Part shown: one piece after another, positions 9,104 through 18,241 of the stretch
Layout of the letters: the number at the start of each line of letters is the position of its first letter
Position numbering within the stretch: position 1 is the stretch's first letter
From: Patescibacteria group bacterium
GTDB lineage: Bacteria > Patescibacteriota > Minisyncoccia > JAHISW01 > Tagabacteraceae
Reading direction: 5' to 3'
Assembly: GCA_018819015.1 (NCBI GenBank)
Contig: JAHJQY010000016.1
Span: 18,064-82,063, forward strand
Length of the DNA: 64,000 nucleotides
The notes under the pieces: model-generated
What the model saw: only the letters and a program-made list of their open reading frames with translations
What the model was told of the DNA's origin: nothing
Databases searched by the model: none
Translations under genes and position numbers: made by a program

Positions 9104-9505
9104 ATGTTAAGTTTATTTCCGGAACTTTTTGCCTATCAAAATTTGGCGCCGTTTATTATACGGCTGATTTTGGCCTTGATTTTCTTGGGAAACGGCTATT
9201 CCAAATTATTCAAAACATTTAATAAAACGATGGAGTTTTTCAATTCTGTAAAAATCAAGCCGGCGAAATTTTGGACGATTTTTGTCGGAATAACAGAGCT
9301 TCTTTCCGGGATCTTGTTGGCCATGGGTTTCTTAACTCAAGCGGCAGCCGTAGCGATAATTCTAATAATACTCGCGGCTATTATCAAAGTAAAAATAAAA
9401 CAAGGATTTTTGGGCGGTTACGATTTTGATTTATTGATTCTGGCCTGCGCGCTGGCTCTTCTTGTTTTAGGCCCCGGCGCTTTTTCAATAGATCTTCCTT
9501 TATAA
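9104..9505 (+). CDS. DoxX-family membrane protein
   Basis: 133 aa with four TM helices and 'RLILALIFLGNGYSKL', which is DoxX-like. Confidence 0.6.
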   Translation: MLSLFPELFAYQNLAPFIIRLILALIFLGNGYSKLFKTFNKTMEFFNSVKIKPAKFWTIFVGITELLSGILLAMGFLTQAAAVAIILIILAAIIKVKIKQGFLGGYDFDLLILACALALLVLGPGAFSIDLPL

Positions 9506-9510
9506 ACCGT

Positions 9511-10005
9511 ATGAGTGTTAATGCCACCTTCTACAACAGCACAATAAAAAGAAGAATAAACTTTGACCAGCTTATCAAAGAAATTATCCGCTATGTTAAT
9601 GAAAAACCAAATGCCGATTATAGAATTACAATAGGAACAGATTCTCCCGGAGTCATCAATCCTTTTTTTGTGACGGCCGTTACGGTTCTGAGGGTGGGCA
9701 ACGGCGGACGTTATTTTTGGACCAAATCGGAAAGAATTTTTTGCCACGGTCTCCAAGAAAGAATTTACAAAGAAGCCATGCGCTCAATCACATTGACGCA
9801 GGAACTAAAAAGCAAGCTGAAAGACGAATTGGGCGAAGAATCTTTTTGGGATAATAAAATCACGGTGCATATTGATATTGGCCGAAATGGCTCCACCAAA
9901 GATCTGGTAGATGGCGTGGTGGGCATGGTCAGGGGCTTCGGCTTGGAAGCAGTCATCAAGCCGGACGCTTTCTGCGCCTGTTCGGTCGCAGATAAACATA
10001 CATAA
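9511..10005 (+). CDS. Hypothetical protein (possibly a DUF458/YkuK-like RNase H-fold)
   Basis: 164-aa soluble ORF ending immediately before tRNA-Lys. The family assignment is from memory only. Confidence 0.3.
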   Translation: MSVNATFYNSTIKRRINFDQLIKEIIRYVNEKPNADYRITIGTDSPGVINPFFVTAVTVLRVGNGGRYFWTKSERIFCHGLQERIYKEAMRSITLTQELKSKLKDELGEESFWDNKITVHIDIGRNGSTKDLVDGVVGMVRGFGLEAVIKPDAFCACSVADKHT

Positions 10006-10078
10006 GCCCCGTTAGCTCAGTTGGTAGAGCAGCTCCCTCTTAAGGAGACGGTCGGGGGTTCGAATCCCTCACGGGGTA
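10006..10078 (+). tRNA. tRNA-Lys (CTT)
   Basis: GCCCCGTTAGCTCAGTTGGTAGAGCAGCTCCCTCTTAAGGAGACGGTCGGGGGTTCGAATCCCTCACGGGGTA. Anticodon loop CTCTTAA. Confidence 0.85.
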
Positions 10079-10085
10079 CATTAAA

Positions 10086-10535
10086 ATGTCTCAAAACAAA
10101 GAAATATATCTCATCCTCCACAACGTCCGCAGTCTGTATAATGTCGGCTCTATTTTTAGAACGGCTGATTGCGCCGGTGTGAAAAAAATTTTCCTGACCG
10201 GCTACACGCCGGAACCGGCTCCAAAAACCGCGCTCGGCGCGGAGAAAACCGTCCTTTGGGAAAAACACAAAAACATCTCCACCCTAATTTCCAATGTTCG
10301 AAGTTCAACTTCGAACATTAAAATAGTTGTGGTAGAACAAGACAAAAAAGCGATAAATTATAAAAATTTTAAACCAAAATATCCGCTAGTTTTAATTTTA
10401 GGCAATGAGGTGCGCGGGCTTTCCAAGCAAATCATCAAAAAATGCGACGCCATTATTGAAATCCCAATGAAGGGAAAAAAAGAATCTTTAAATGTGGCCG
10501 TGGCGGCCGGTATTATATTATTTTCTCTAAATTAA
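10086..10535 (+). CDS. SpoU/TrmH-family (SPOUT) RNA 2'-O-methyltransferase
   Basis: 'NVGSIFRTADCAGV' (motif 1) and 'LVLILGNEVRGL', 'IEIPMKG...SLNVAVAAGIILF' (SPOUT knot motifs). Contains the 27-nt palindrome at 10293-10319. Confidence 0.8.
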   Translation: MSQNKEIYLILHNVRSLYNVGSIFRTADCAGVKKIFLTGYTPEPAPKTALGAEKTVLWEKHKNISTLISNVRSSTSNIKIVVVEQDKKAINYKNFKPKYPLVLILGNEVRGLSKQIIKKCDAIIEIPMKGKKESLNVAVAAGIILFSLN

Positions 10536-10541
10536 ACTGAA

Positions 10542-11420
10542 TCAGTAGGCAACACTGCCAACTATATTACCTTCTTTATCCTGCACAATTATATTTTCCC
10601 ATTTGTCTCTCCACAATTCCGCGCTTCTGTTCAAATAAATTCTCCATTCTGGTTTATAAAAATCTGCGTCATTTTTATGCGCCTCAACACAAGAATTATA
10701 GCTTAAGATTTTATTTATACTTGTTACACATTGGTCATCCAAACCAAAAGGAATCGTGAAATTGGCCCGGCAACGCGCGAGAGTGTCTATATAAGACCGG
10801 CATTGGGGCTTAAGAGAAGCTGGCCATTGTTCGTCTTTAGGATAAGGGCATTCCTGCGGAAGATACGGTTCAAACTCGCGATTCTGACTAAAATAACCGG
10901 TGCATTTATTCAAACGGAAACTTTGCCCCAATGGGCTCTTGTCTGTAATAATGATAGCTTTATCTCCGGGGGACAAAATAATGTCACTTTCCGCATTGAC
11001 CTGATTACTAATAAATAAATTGGCCGCTTGCGGCAATTTCAAATCAAGACCCTGCTGGCCTTTTATAATCCAACCGGTTATATCCAGCCCTTGCTGATTG
11101 GATTTTGAAGCGCCTATTTCTATATATTCTTTTTGAGGATCAGTGTTTCTCGCGTTGCGCGTATACAAAGAAATTTTACCCTTGTCGCTTGCGTTGCTGC
11201 TGACTTTTTCGGCTGTGCCCGAATTTTCAAAAAAATCAGTTTTATCACTTTCAGAAATCTCAAAACTGCCGGACTTAGTCTGTTCAACATCAAGAAAAGG
11301 GCTTCGTGGCGCGCCCTGCTGAGGGCCGCCTTGTACAAACCAAATAACGCCTAAAATTATCAAAACAAGAAGTATTAACCCTATGTCTCTCCCTGGTTTT
11401 CTTATAATTTCATCCGCCAT
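10542..11420 (-). CDS. Hypothetical secreted or membrane-anchored protein
   Basis: 292 aa with an N-terminal TM/signal anchor. The remainder is a Cys-containing extracellular domain with no recognised motif. Confidence 0.4.
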   Translation of the reverse strand: MADEIIRKPGRDIGLILLVLIILGVIWFVQGGPQQGAPRSPFLDVEQTKSGSFEISESDKTDFFENSGTAEKVSSNASDKGKISLYTRNARNTDPQKEYIEIGASKSNQQGLDITGWIIKGQQGLDLKLPQAANLFISNQVNAESDIILSPGDKAIIITDKSPLGQSFRLNKCTGYFSQNREFEPYLPQECPYPKDEQWPASLKPQCRSYIDTLARCRANFTIPFGLDDQCVTSINKILSYNSCVEAHKNDADFYKPEWRIYLNRSAELWRDKWENIIVQDKEGNIVGSVAY

Positions 11421-11435
11421 ATTTTTATGATAACA

Positions 11436-12749
11436 TTACACACTTGATTTTAATAAAGCGAGTTCTTCCCGAACAACTTCCCGGTCATCCCATTCAATTT
11501 TAGTTCCCTTGGGGCCCATAATCCAAGGATCTGTCCCTTTGCCTGTGATGAGAACTGTATCGCCGGTTTTCGCTATTTTAAGCGCCTCGGCAATGGCTTC
11601 CCGTCTGTTAATAATCATCTTGTATTTAAAAGGTGATTTTTTTATTCCTTCGGCAATATCCTCCACAATTTTTTTTGGGCTTTCATCATAAGGATCCTCG
11701 TTGGTCAAAATGACTTCGTCGCAGCAAGCGGCCGCGATTTTGCCCATTTCGGCCCTTTTCCATTTGTCGCGGCCGCCGCCGGCCGCGCCCAAAACGCATA
11801 TCTTGCGCGAAGTCTGAAAAACTTCGTAAAGTTTTTCCAGCGAATCCGGCGTATGCGCGTAATCCACGACCACCTTGAAATCCTGTCCTTCTTCCACAAA
11901 TTCCACTCTCCCCGGAATACCCTTAAAGTTTTCCAGGGCGATTTTTATATCTCCCCAACCGACAGCTTGCGAACGCACAAAAGCCGCGGCCGCCAAAATA
12001 TTATAAAGGTTGAATTCGCCCAAAAGACCGGAATTAAATTCCTTGGCATCAACAACAAACTTAATGCCGAACTTGTTTAGAATATAGCTACTAGGGTATA
12101 GGGCATAGGGTATATTTATTTTTTCCGTCGGCGAATTTAATCCGTAAACCCATTTTTCATCCGCCTTAAAATCCAAAAATTGGACGGCATTTTTATCGTC
12201 TCCATTCACAATTATTACCTTCTTTTTTTTATATGATTTCTCAAGAACCTCAAAAAGTTTCAATTTCGCTTCCTTGTACTTTTCAAAGGAACCATGCGCT
12301 TCAATGTGCTCCAAAGACAAATTGGTAAAAATCACCGCGTCAAGGCCGATAAATTTATGACGAAACTGCGAAACGCCCTGCGACGTCATTTCCAAAAGAG
12401 CATATTGGCATTTTTCTTTTGCCGCCCGCCTTAAAAATCTTTGAAGAAAAAACCTGCCCGGAGTTGTCATCTTCTTCTCGTTGCGTTCCGATTCTTTGCC
12501 TATCTTAAAACGCAAAGTTGAAACCAGCGCGGTTTTATAACCGGCCTGTTCCAAAATAGCGCTCATAATTTCCAAAACACTGGTTTTCCCTTTGGTGCCG
12601 GTAACACCGACCACAAAAATTTTCCTGGAAGGAAATCTGTAAATCAAAGCCGCTAAAAAAGCCAGCAGCCAATGATAGGTTGGTTGAAAAAATTCAAATA
12701 ATTTTTTAGGAATAAGACTTTTGATAAAAATTAATATTTTGTTTATCAT
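11436..12749 (-). CDS. Mur-ligase family protein (MurE-like) with an N-terminal TM helix
   Basis: 'VVGVTGTKGKTS' (P-loop), 'MTTP', 'KYKEAKLKLFE' and 'VVDYAHTPDSLEKL' are Mur ligase central and C-terminal domain motifs. The usual N-terminal domain is replaced by a hydrophobic segment. Confidence 0.55.
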   Translation of the reverse strand: MINKILIFIKSLIPKKLFEFFQPTYHWLLAFLAALIYRFPSRKIFVVGVTGTKGKTSVLEIMSAILEQAGYKTALVSTLRFKIGKESERNEKKMTTPGRFFLQRFLRRAAKEKCQYALLEMTSQGVSQFRHKFIGLDAVIFTNLSLEHIEAHGSFEKYKEAKLKLFEVLEKSYKKKKVIIVNGDDKNAVQFLDFKADEKWVYGLNSPTEKINIPYALYPSSYILNKFGIKFVVDAKEFNSGLLGEFNLYNILAAAAFVRSQAVGWGDIKIALENFKGIPGRVEFVEEGQDFKVVVDYAHTPDSLEKLYEVFQTSRKICVLGAAGGGRDKWKRAEMGKIAAACCDEVILTNEDPYDESPKKIVEDIAEGIKKSPFKYKMIINRREAIAEALKIAKTGDTVLITGKGTDPWIMGPKGTKIEWDDREVVREELALLKSSV

Positions 12750-12756
12750 AAAAAGA

Positions 12757-13335
12757 TTAATGTTTATTCATGTTCCTCAGCGCGTGTTTAACGATTTTCT
12801 CTGTTCCTTTGGCATCTTCCGGCAAATTACGAAGCGCGTCGCGACTTTCTTTCAATGAATAACCCAAAGACCGCAAAGCTTCAAGCGCGTCCTCTTCTTC
12901 CTTAAACCCTTGGCCTGTTTTATCCACTCCGGCCGCGCCAAGTTTATCCCTCAATTCCACCACGATTTTTTCCGACAACCGCCGGCCTACGCCGGAAACT
13001 TTAGTCAGATACGAAGTTTCCCCGGCCGCGATGGCTTTTTTAAGCGCGTCCAATGGCGCCACAGAAATAATCGCCAAGGCGCTTTTGGGACCGATGCCGG
13101 AAATACCGATAAGCATTTCAAAAAAATGAAGTTCCGCATAATTTAAAAATCCATAAAGATCCATTAAATTTTCCCGAACGTGCTGATGTGTCCACAGCAA
13201 AACCGGCCCCTTCTTTTTGGCCGCCTCTTTCATGGTTTCAAAAGCAACAAAAACGCGGTAGCCAACCCCGTTCACGTCCAGCACCACAAAACGCTCTGTT
13301 TTGAACTTAATTTCCCCCTCCAATTGGATTATCAT
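12757..13335 (-). CDS. ruvA: Holliday junction DNA helicase RuvA
   Basis: 'MIIQLEGEI...VLDVNGVGYRVFV' and the HhH motif 'LIGISGIGPKSALAII'. Confidence 0.9.
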   Translation of the reverse strand: MIIQLEGEIKFKTERFVVLDVNGVGYRVFVAFETMKEAAKKKGPVLLWTHQHVRENLMDLYGFLNYAELHFFEMLIGISGIGPKSALAIISVAPLDALKKAIAAGETSYLTKVSGVGRRLSEKIVVELRDKLGAAGVDKTGQGFKEEEDALEALRSLGYSLKESRDALRNLPEDAKGTEKIVKHALRNMNKH

Positions 13336-13390
13336 GCCTATATCTTACCATGAACTTGCGTTTTTTAAGATAATTGATAAAGTAGAGAAT

Positions 13391-13651
13391 ATGCCAATTA
13401 CACGTTCAGCAAAAAAGGCCCTCAGGCAATCGGAAAAGAAAAGGATTTTTAATATCAGAAGAAAAAAAGAAATGAGAGGCCGGCTAAAAGAGATTAAAAA
13501 ACTTCTTGAAGAAAATAAAAAAGAAGCCGCTTTAAAGTTGGTTCCAACCGCTTACAAAGCGCTGGACAAAGCGGCCAAAAGGGGAGTCATCAAGAAAAAC
13601 ACCGCCAGCCGAAAAAAATCCCGCCTGATGCGGGCCATCCTCAAGATTTAA
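13391..13651 (+). CDS. rpsT: 30S ribosomal protein S20
   Basis: 'MPITRSAKKALRQSEKKRIFNIRRK...' of 86 aa. The start was trimmed from the longer ORF. Confidence 0.85.
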   Translation: MPITRSAKKALRQSEKKRIFNIRRKKEMRGRLKEIKKLLEENKKEAALKLVPTAYKALDKAAKRGVIKKNTASRKKSRLMRAILKI

Positions 13652-13667
13652 ATATTATATAGTTTTA

Positions 13668-14387
13668 TTAAATCCTCAATAAAAATCTTTCCAAGCCGAT
13701 AGCCAGACCGCCAACGCCCTGGCGATCTTTGTGATAAAGGCCAACCAAATCACCCATAAAATTTTCCAATTCTTTTTCTTCAAACAAATCCGCCCCCCTC
13801 TTGGCCTTGCCATAAACAAACCGGTGCAAATCTTTTCCTCCTCCCTTTTTGACCAAAATTAAATTCTTAATCTGCCACAAAACTTTCCAAAAAAATTCCT
13901 CCGCCGGAACGCCTTCAAAAACTTCTTTCTGAAACAAGAGCCATGCCTCATTTCTTTTTCTTAGGGCCACCAAATCGGCTAGGCGGAAAAGTTTGTTAAC
14001 GGCCTGTTTTTCTTCATCTTTTTTCCCGCCCGGAACGGAAAATTCCCAGACATTTTTCGTATATTTTTTAATTTCATCCAGATAATCTTTCTTAACTTCT
14101 TCTTCAAAAAAAATAAAAATATTTTCCGAATCGCTTATCCTGCTCAAATTATTCAAAATATAATCCCGGCCGGCCGTATTGCCCAACAGCCTCTTGGCCG
14201 CCACCAAGTTTTTTCCGGAAAAAAGATTGCTCGTCTTTAAAGCATCCTCAAAAAGAGAAACTTCAAAAGATTCCTCGTCAAATTTAAAAAAAGATAAATT
14301 TTTCTCCTTTTCTAAAAATTGCGCCGCGATAGCGTTAAATTTTTCGTGGCCTCTTCCAACATCATTCCCGAAAACAAAATAGAGCAT
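13668..14387 (-). CDS. DNA polymerase III delta subunit (HolA)-like, short
   Basis: 'MLYFVFGNDVGRGHEKF...' matches a HolA-like N-terminus. At 239 aa it is shorter than canonical HolA. Confidence 0.4.
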   Translation of the reverse strand: MLYFVFGNDVGRGHEKFNAIAAQFLEKEKNLSFFKFDEESFEVSLFEDALKTSNLFSGKNLVAAKRLLGNTAGRDYILNNLSRISDSENIFIFFEEEVKKDYLDEIKKYTKNVWEFSVPGGKKDEEKQAVNKLFRLADLVALRKRNEAWLLFQKEVFEGVPAEEFFWKVLWQIKNLILVKKGGGKDLHRFVYGKAKRGADLFEEKELENFMGDLVGLYHKDRQGVGGLAIGLERFLLRI

Positions 14388-14396
14388 AAGTTGCTT

Positions 14397-15185
14397 TTAT
14401 AAATATTTTTGGCCCAACACATCTTTCACTTTTTGAACAATTTCGGCCGGAGAAAAATTCGCCTTAATTAAATAATCCGCGGCTCCGGCCGCCAAAGCGC
14501 TGTCCACCTCATCTTTTTCGCACAAATTGCTTAAAATAATAACCGGTACATCCTTAATAACAGGTTCCTTCTTAATCTGGGCCAAAAACTCGTAGCCGTC
14601 CATGCCGGGCAAAATCAAATCCAATAATATTATTTGGGGCATCTTTTTCTTAATTATCTCAAGGGCTTCTTTGGCGTCTATGGCCGCCTGAACATCAAAA
14701 CCTTCCTTGCTTAATTTTCGAGAAATTACTTCTCTTAGAAATTCGTCATCCTCAACAATTAAAACAGAAACAGTTCTCCGCAATTTCTCATCTTGAGATT
14801 TGTCAGGAAGACTGAAACCAATAACTTTCTCAACTTTATCCAAAACATCTTGAGGGGTAAAATCAGCTTTTACAAGATAATCTTTCACCCCCAATTTTAA
14901 TACCCGGTCAATCTCAACCGGCTGGCCGGAATTTGAAATAATAATAATAGGCACCGTGTTTTTCTTCCTGTGCAAACTCTCCAACACCTCAAGGCCGTCT
15001 TTTTTGGGAAGCAAAATATCCAAAAGAACCAAGTCCGGCTTTTCTTCCTCAATCAGTCTTTCTCCTTCCTCTCCGTCTTCCGCAGAAACAACATCAAATC
15101 CCACCATTTGCAATTTAGATTTCATGGCCATAAGAAGCGGTTTTTCATCTTCTATGATAAGTATTTTCTTTTTGCTGTTAACCAT
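14397..15185 (-). CDS. Response regulator with two tandem receiver (REC) domains
   Basis: Two copies of a phospho-acceptor Asp context: 'LVLLDILLPKKDG' and 'IILLDLILPGMDG'. No output domain. Confidence 0.8.
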   Translation of the reverse strand: MVNSKKKILIIEDEKPLLMAMKSKLQMVGFDVVSAEDGEEGERLIEEEKPDLVLLDILLPKKDGLEVLESLHRKKNTVPIIIISNSGQPVEIDRVLKLGVKDYLVKADFTPQDVLDKVEKVIGFSLPDKSQDEKLRRTVSVLIVEDDEFLREVISRKLSKEGFDVQAAIDAKEALEIIKKKMPQIILLDLILPGMDGYEFLAQIKKEPVIKDVPVIILSNLCEKDEVDSALAAGAADYLIKANFSPAEIVQKVKDVLGQKYL

Positions 15186-15205
15186 ACTATGTTATTAATT
15201 TTATA

Positions 15206-16864
15206 TTAATTCTTTGGCAGAGTAAAATAAAACTTGCTTCCCCTGCCGGCATCAGACTCAAACCAAATTTTGCCGCCATGCCCCTTTATAATATTTTTAG
15301 TCAGATAAAGTCCGAGTCCTGAACCTTCGGTCTGCATTTTAACCACGTTGTCGGCCCTAAAAAACTTGCTGAAAACTCTGCCCTGCTGCTTCTTTGGAAT
15401 CCCGACGCCCGTGTCGGCAACAGAAACCTCAACAAACCTGCCTTTCTTTTTTACGGAAACAATAACCCGCCCGCCCGAGGACGTATAACGAATTGCGTTG
15501 TCAATCAGATTAGAAAGGGCCATTCTTAGCCGGCGAATATCAATTTTTAACAATAATGGCTCTTTTTTCTCTTCAAAAATCAACTTCACTTTTCTCCTTG
15601 CCGCCTCTACCCTAAAAGAATCAACGGTCTCTTCAACAAAACCAATAACGTCGTTTTCCAAAAAATCAAAACCAAATTTTCCTTCTTCCACGCGGCTGAT
15701 ATCCAACAAGTCGTTTACCAAGCGAGCCATTCTTTCGTTTGCCAAATAACCTTTTTCCAGAAAATTCTTTTGTTCTAAAGAAAGAGGGCCGAAATCGCCA
15801 TCCAGGGTCATTTTTAAAATCCACTTTACCGAAGAAAGAGGAGTTCTCAATTGATGGGCCGCTATAGTAATAAACTCGGCTTTTAGGCGATCAATCATTT
15901 TGCTCCTTGTTACATCATGAATAACGAACATAGTGCCTTCTTTATCGTCTTCATCAATACGCACGGTTTTAGCCGAGATATTAAAAAAGTATTCCTCTTC
16001 TTTTGCGGTGTCAAAAAGAGAAAGATCTTTTGCTAAAAATTTTTCCTTGCCCGTACTTTTAATTTCTTTAAACAAATCGGCAAAACATTTATGCACTCCT
16101 ATTTCAGCGATTTTTTTGCCGACAACATTTTTTTGTTTTATCTTGAGATTTTTTTCTGCCTGCGGATTAACCATCATCACCCTGCCTGCGCTATCCAACA
16201 TAATCAGGCCGTCCACCAAACTGTCCAAAATAAGGGCGATTTTTTCTTTTTCTTCTATTATTTCTTTTGTTGCCTTCTTAATTTTTTGTTCCAATTGCTT
16301 GCGGCTTAGCAAGGCCATTTGCCCTTTTTCCAAAAACTCAATCGGCAGCTCGTCGTCCATGGACAAAACAATTTTATGTTTTGATTTTTCTCTTTTAATT
16401 ATCCTGTAATAAACCTTCTTTTTTGTTATCCTCTCGTAAACACCCGCCAAAATTCCTCTTTCCAAGCTTAAATCATATGTTTCTGAAAATTTGCCGGATG
16501 GCATGTTTGATATTTCAACCTTTGCCGTATTTTTATTCAAATCCATTTCATTAACCCTTATGCGGCCCCATCCCGATTCCATAAAAATAGCGTTGCAAAC
16601 AATCTTAATTTTGGTCTTTTTGCTAAATTTTACTTTTTCCTTCTTAAGAATTGATTCCAGCGAACAAACGAAACCGCGACCCAAACCTTCACCAATCTTA
16701 TAAATCAATAACTCCGCCCCTTCTTTGCCCAGAAGGCGCACAAAGACAGAGTGCAAGGTTTTAACAATATCAACAGGCACCAACAAGCTTTGTCTGCCTG
16801 CGGCATACAAAACACCCTTGAGGTCGTCCAACTCTATATACTTTACAGATTTTAATCCCATCAA
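15206..16864 (-). CDS. Sensor histidine kinase (N-terminal sensor + PAS + HisKA + HATPase_c)
   Basis: H-box 'AAHQLRTPLSSVKW', N-box 'LSNLIDNAIRYT', and G-boxes 'DTGVGIP' and 'GSGLGL'. Confidence 0.85.
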   Translation of the reverse strand: MMGLKSVKYIELDDLKGVLYAAGRQSLLVPVDIVKTLHSVFVRLLGKEGAELLIYKIGEGLGRGFVCSLESILKKEKVKFSKKTKIKIVCNAIFMESGWGRIRVNEMDLNKNTAKVEISNMPSGKFSETYDLSLERGILAGVYERITKKKVYYRIIKREKSKHKIVLSMDDELPIEFLEKGQMALLSRKQLEQKIKKATKEIIEEKEKIALILDSLVDGLIMLDSAGRVMMVNPQAEKNLKIKQKNVVGKKIAEIGVHKCFADLFKEIKSTGKEKFLAKDLSLFDTAKEEEYFFNISAKTVRIDEDDKEGTMFVIHDVTRSKMIDRLKAEFITIAAHQLRTPLSSVKWILKMTLDGDFGPLSLEQKNFLEKGYLANERMARLVNDLLDISRVEEGKFGFDFLENDVIGFVEETVDSFRVEAARRKVKLIFEEKKEPLLLKIDIRRLRMALSNLIDNAIRYTSSGGRVIVSVKKKGRFVEVSVADTGVGIPKKQQGRVFSKFFRADNVVKMQTEGSGLGLYLTKNIIKGHGGKIWFESDAGRGSKFYFTLPKN

Positions 16865-16882
16865 TATTTGGCTTTATGGGCG

Positions 16883-17920
16883 CTAAGACGACTTTCTTCT
16901 GACAAAAATCAAATAAACCAGGAGAGTGGTGGAAAATATTATAGTGAAACCGCTAACAAAACTTCCTATGGATAATTGGGGCATGTGGCTAATTATATGA
17001 GCAACATTGCATCCTCCCGCGGCAGTGACCGCGCCAACGCCCATCAGCAGCCCGCCGACAAAAAGAGCCGGAATTCTTTTCGCTTTCGGCCATACAATCC
17101 TAAATTCTCCCGCAATTACCGCCGAAACAAAAACGCCCAAAAGAATTCCCGTGATTTCAGCTACCGGCCAATCAAAAGGCAAACTGCCCGTGAACAAAGC
17201 TTTAAAATAAGAAGCATATCCCTTAATAAAACCCCCCAAACCGGCAGGAGATTTTCCTGTCAAAAAAGCTATCATTTCAAGCGCGCCCAAAGAAACACCG
17301 ACAACAGCGGGCGCCCAAAGAGTTTTAAAAATTTTAGAAAAAATGGAAGTTCCCTGTGCGGACGCCTGCTGGTCTTCAACAGCGTGAACTTCTTTTTTGC
17401 TCTTTAGTCTAATTAACAAATAAACGGAAAGGGCAGACAAAACCATTACAACAACCCAATGATTAACCCCCAACAAAGCGTCAAGCGTCGGGCTTTTGCC
17501 ATTCAGCATGACTTTTGTGGATTCCTGTAAAAATACCCTGTAAGAAGTAAGCGGACCCCAAATTACCGACCATCCGCCAATGGCCATGCCCAAAAGCGTC
17601 AGCCAGTACCCAATTTTTCCGCTAGCGGCCCTCAAGGGAGTACCGACTATGCAGCTACCGGACAAAACCATGCCCACAGAAAAAAGAACGGCGCCGATTA
17701 TGCTGGCCGCCCAAAAAAACGGTTTTGGATTAAGCGCTATAACCCCCAAACTGGACAAAACATGGAAGCCAAGCATGGTCGCCAAAAAAGCCCAAATGGC
17801 CGCCTTGATTACCCTATAATCCCTGGATATCACCATATTGGCAAAACCATTATACATACAAAAGAAACCCCTGCGAATAATAAAGCCCAAAAGCAGGCCG
17901 ACTATTAATCCTTCAATCAT
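16883..17920 (-). CDS. YeeE/YedE-family membrane protein (thiosulfate transporter TsuA-like)
   Basis: Polytopic protein with conserved Cys-containing motifs 'FFCMYNGF' and 'GGCNVAH'. Adjacent to a TusA-like gene. Confidence 0.65.
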   Translation of the reverse strand: MIEGLIVGLLLGFIIRRGFFCMYNGFANMVISRDYRVIKAAIWAFLATMLGFHVLSSLGVIALNPKPFFWAASIIGAVLFSVGMVLSGSCIVGTPLRAASGKIGYWLTLLGMAIGGWSVIWGPLTSYRVFLQESTKVMLNGKSPTLDALLGVNHWVVVMVLSALSVYLLIRLKSKKEVHAVEDQQASAQGTSIFSKIFKTLWAPAVVGVSLGALEMIAFLTGKSPAGLGGFIKGYASYFKALFTGSLPFDWPVAEITGILLGVFVSAVIAGEFRIVWPKAKRIPALFVGGLLMGVGAVTAAGGCNVAHIISHMPQLSIGSFVSGFTIIFSTTLLVYLIFVRRKSS

Positions 17921-17989
17921 AATAATAAATAATTAAAAAAATAATAATGCTAAAATTAATAATAAAAACGACCCAATAAACTAACTTTT

Positions 17990-18232
17990 TTAATTTTGAA
18001 CTATCACGCGCCAGCGCGACAGGCTATATTTTACCACTTTAACCTTATGCCCCCTCCTCTCAAATTCTTCGGGAAAATTATCTATTGCCGGCGGGTGGTC
18101 TACGGTAATTTCCAAAATTTTTAAACCGGCTTTCAAATCCGCCCCAATCTCCTCTATTTTTTTTATCGCCGAAATCAAAGTATAAGGGCAGATCTCTCCC
18201 TCCAGATCCAATTTTACAACTTCAACAGCCAT
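17990..18232 (-). CDS. TusA-like sulfurtransferase
   Basis: 80 aa with 'LDLEGEICPYTL', the CPxP active-site motif. Confidence 0.75.
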   Translation of the reverse strand: MAVEVVKLDLEGEICPYTLISAIKKIEEIGADLKAGLKILEITVDHPPAIDNFPEEFERRGHKVKVVKYSLSRWRVIVQN

Positions 18233-18241
18233 ATTATTATT

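Noticed and set aside
10017-10268. Minus-strand ORF overlapping tRNA-Lys and the SpoU methyltransferase start
   Set aside because: Overlaps a confidently folded tRNA and a conserved CDS, so judged spurious.
12090-12125. 'agggtatagggcatagggtata' direct-repeat-like stretch inside the Mur ligase gene
   Set aside because: A short imperfect repeat encoding PYALYPS. No further copies seen, so it is most likely chance codon repetition rather than an element.
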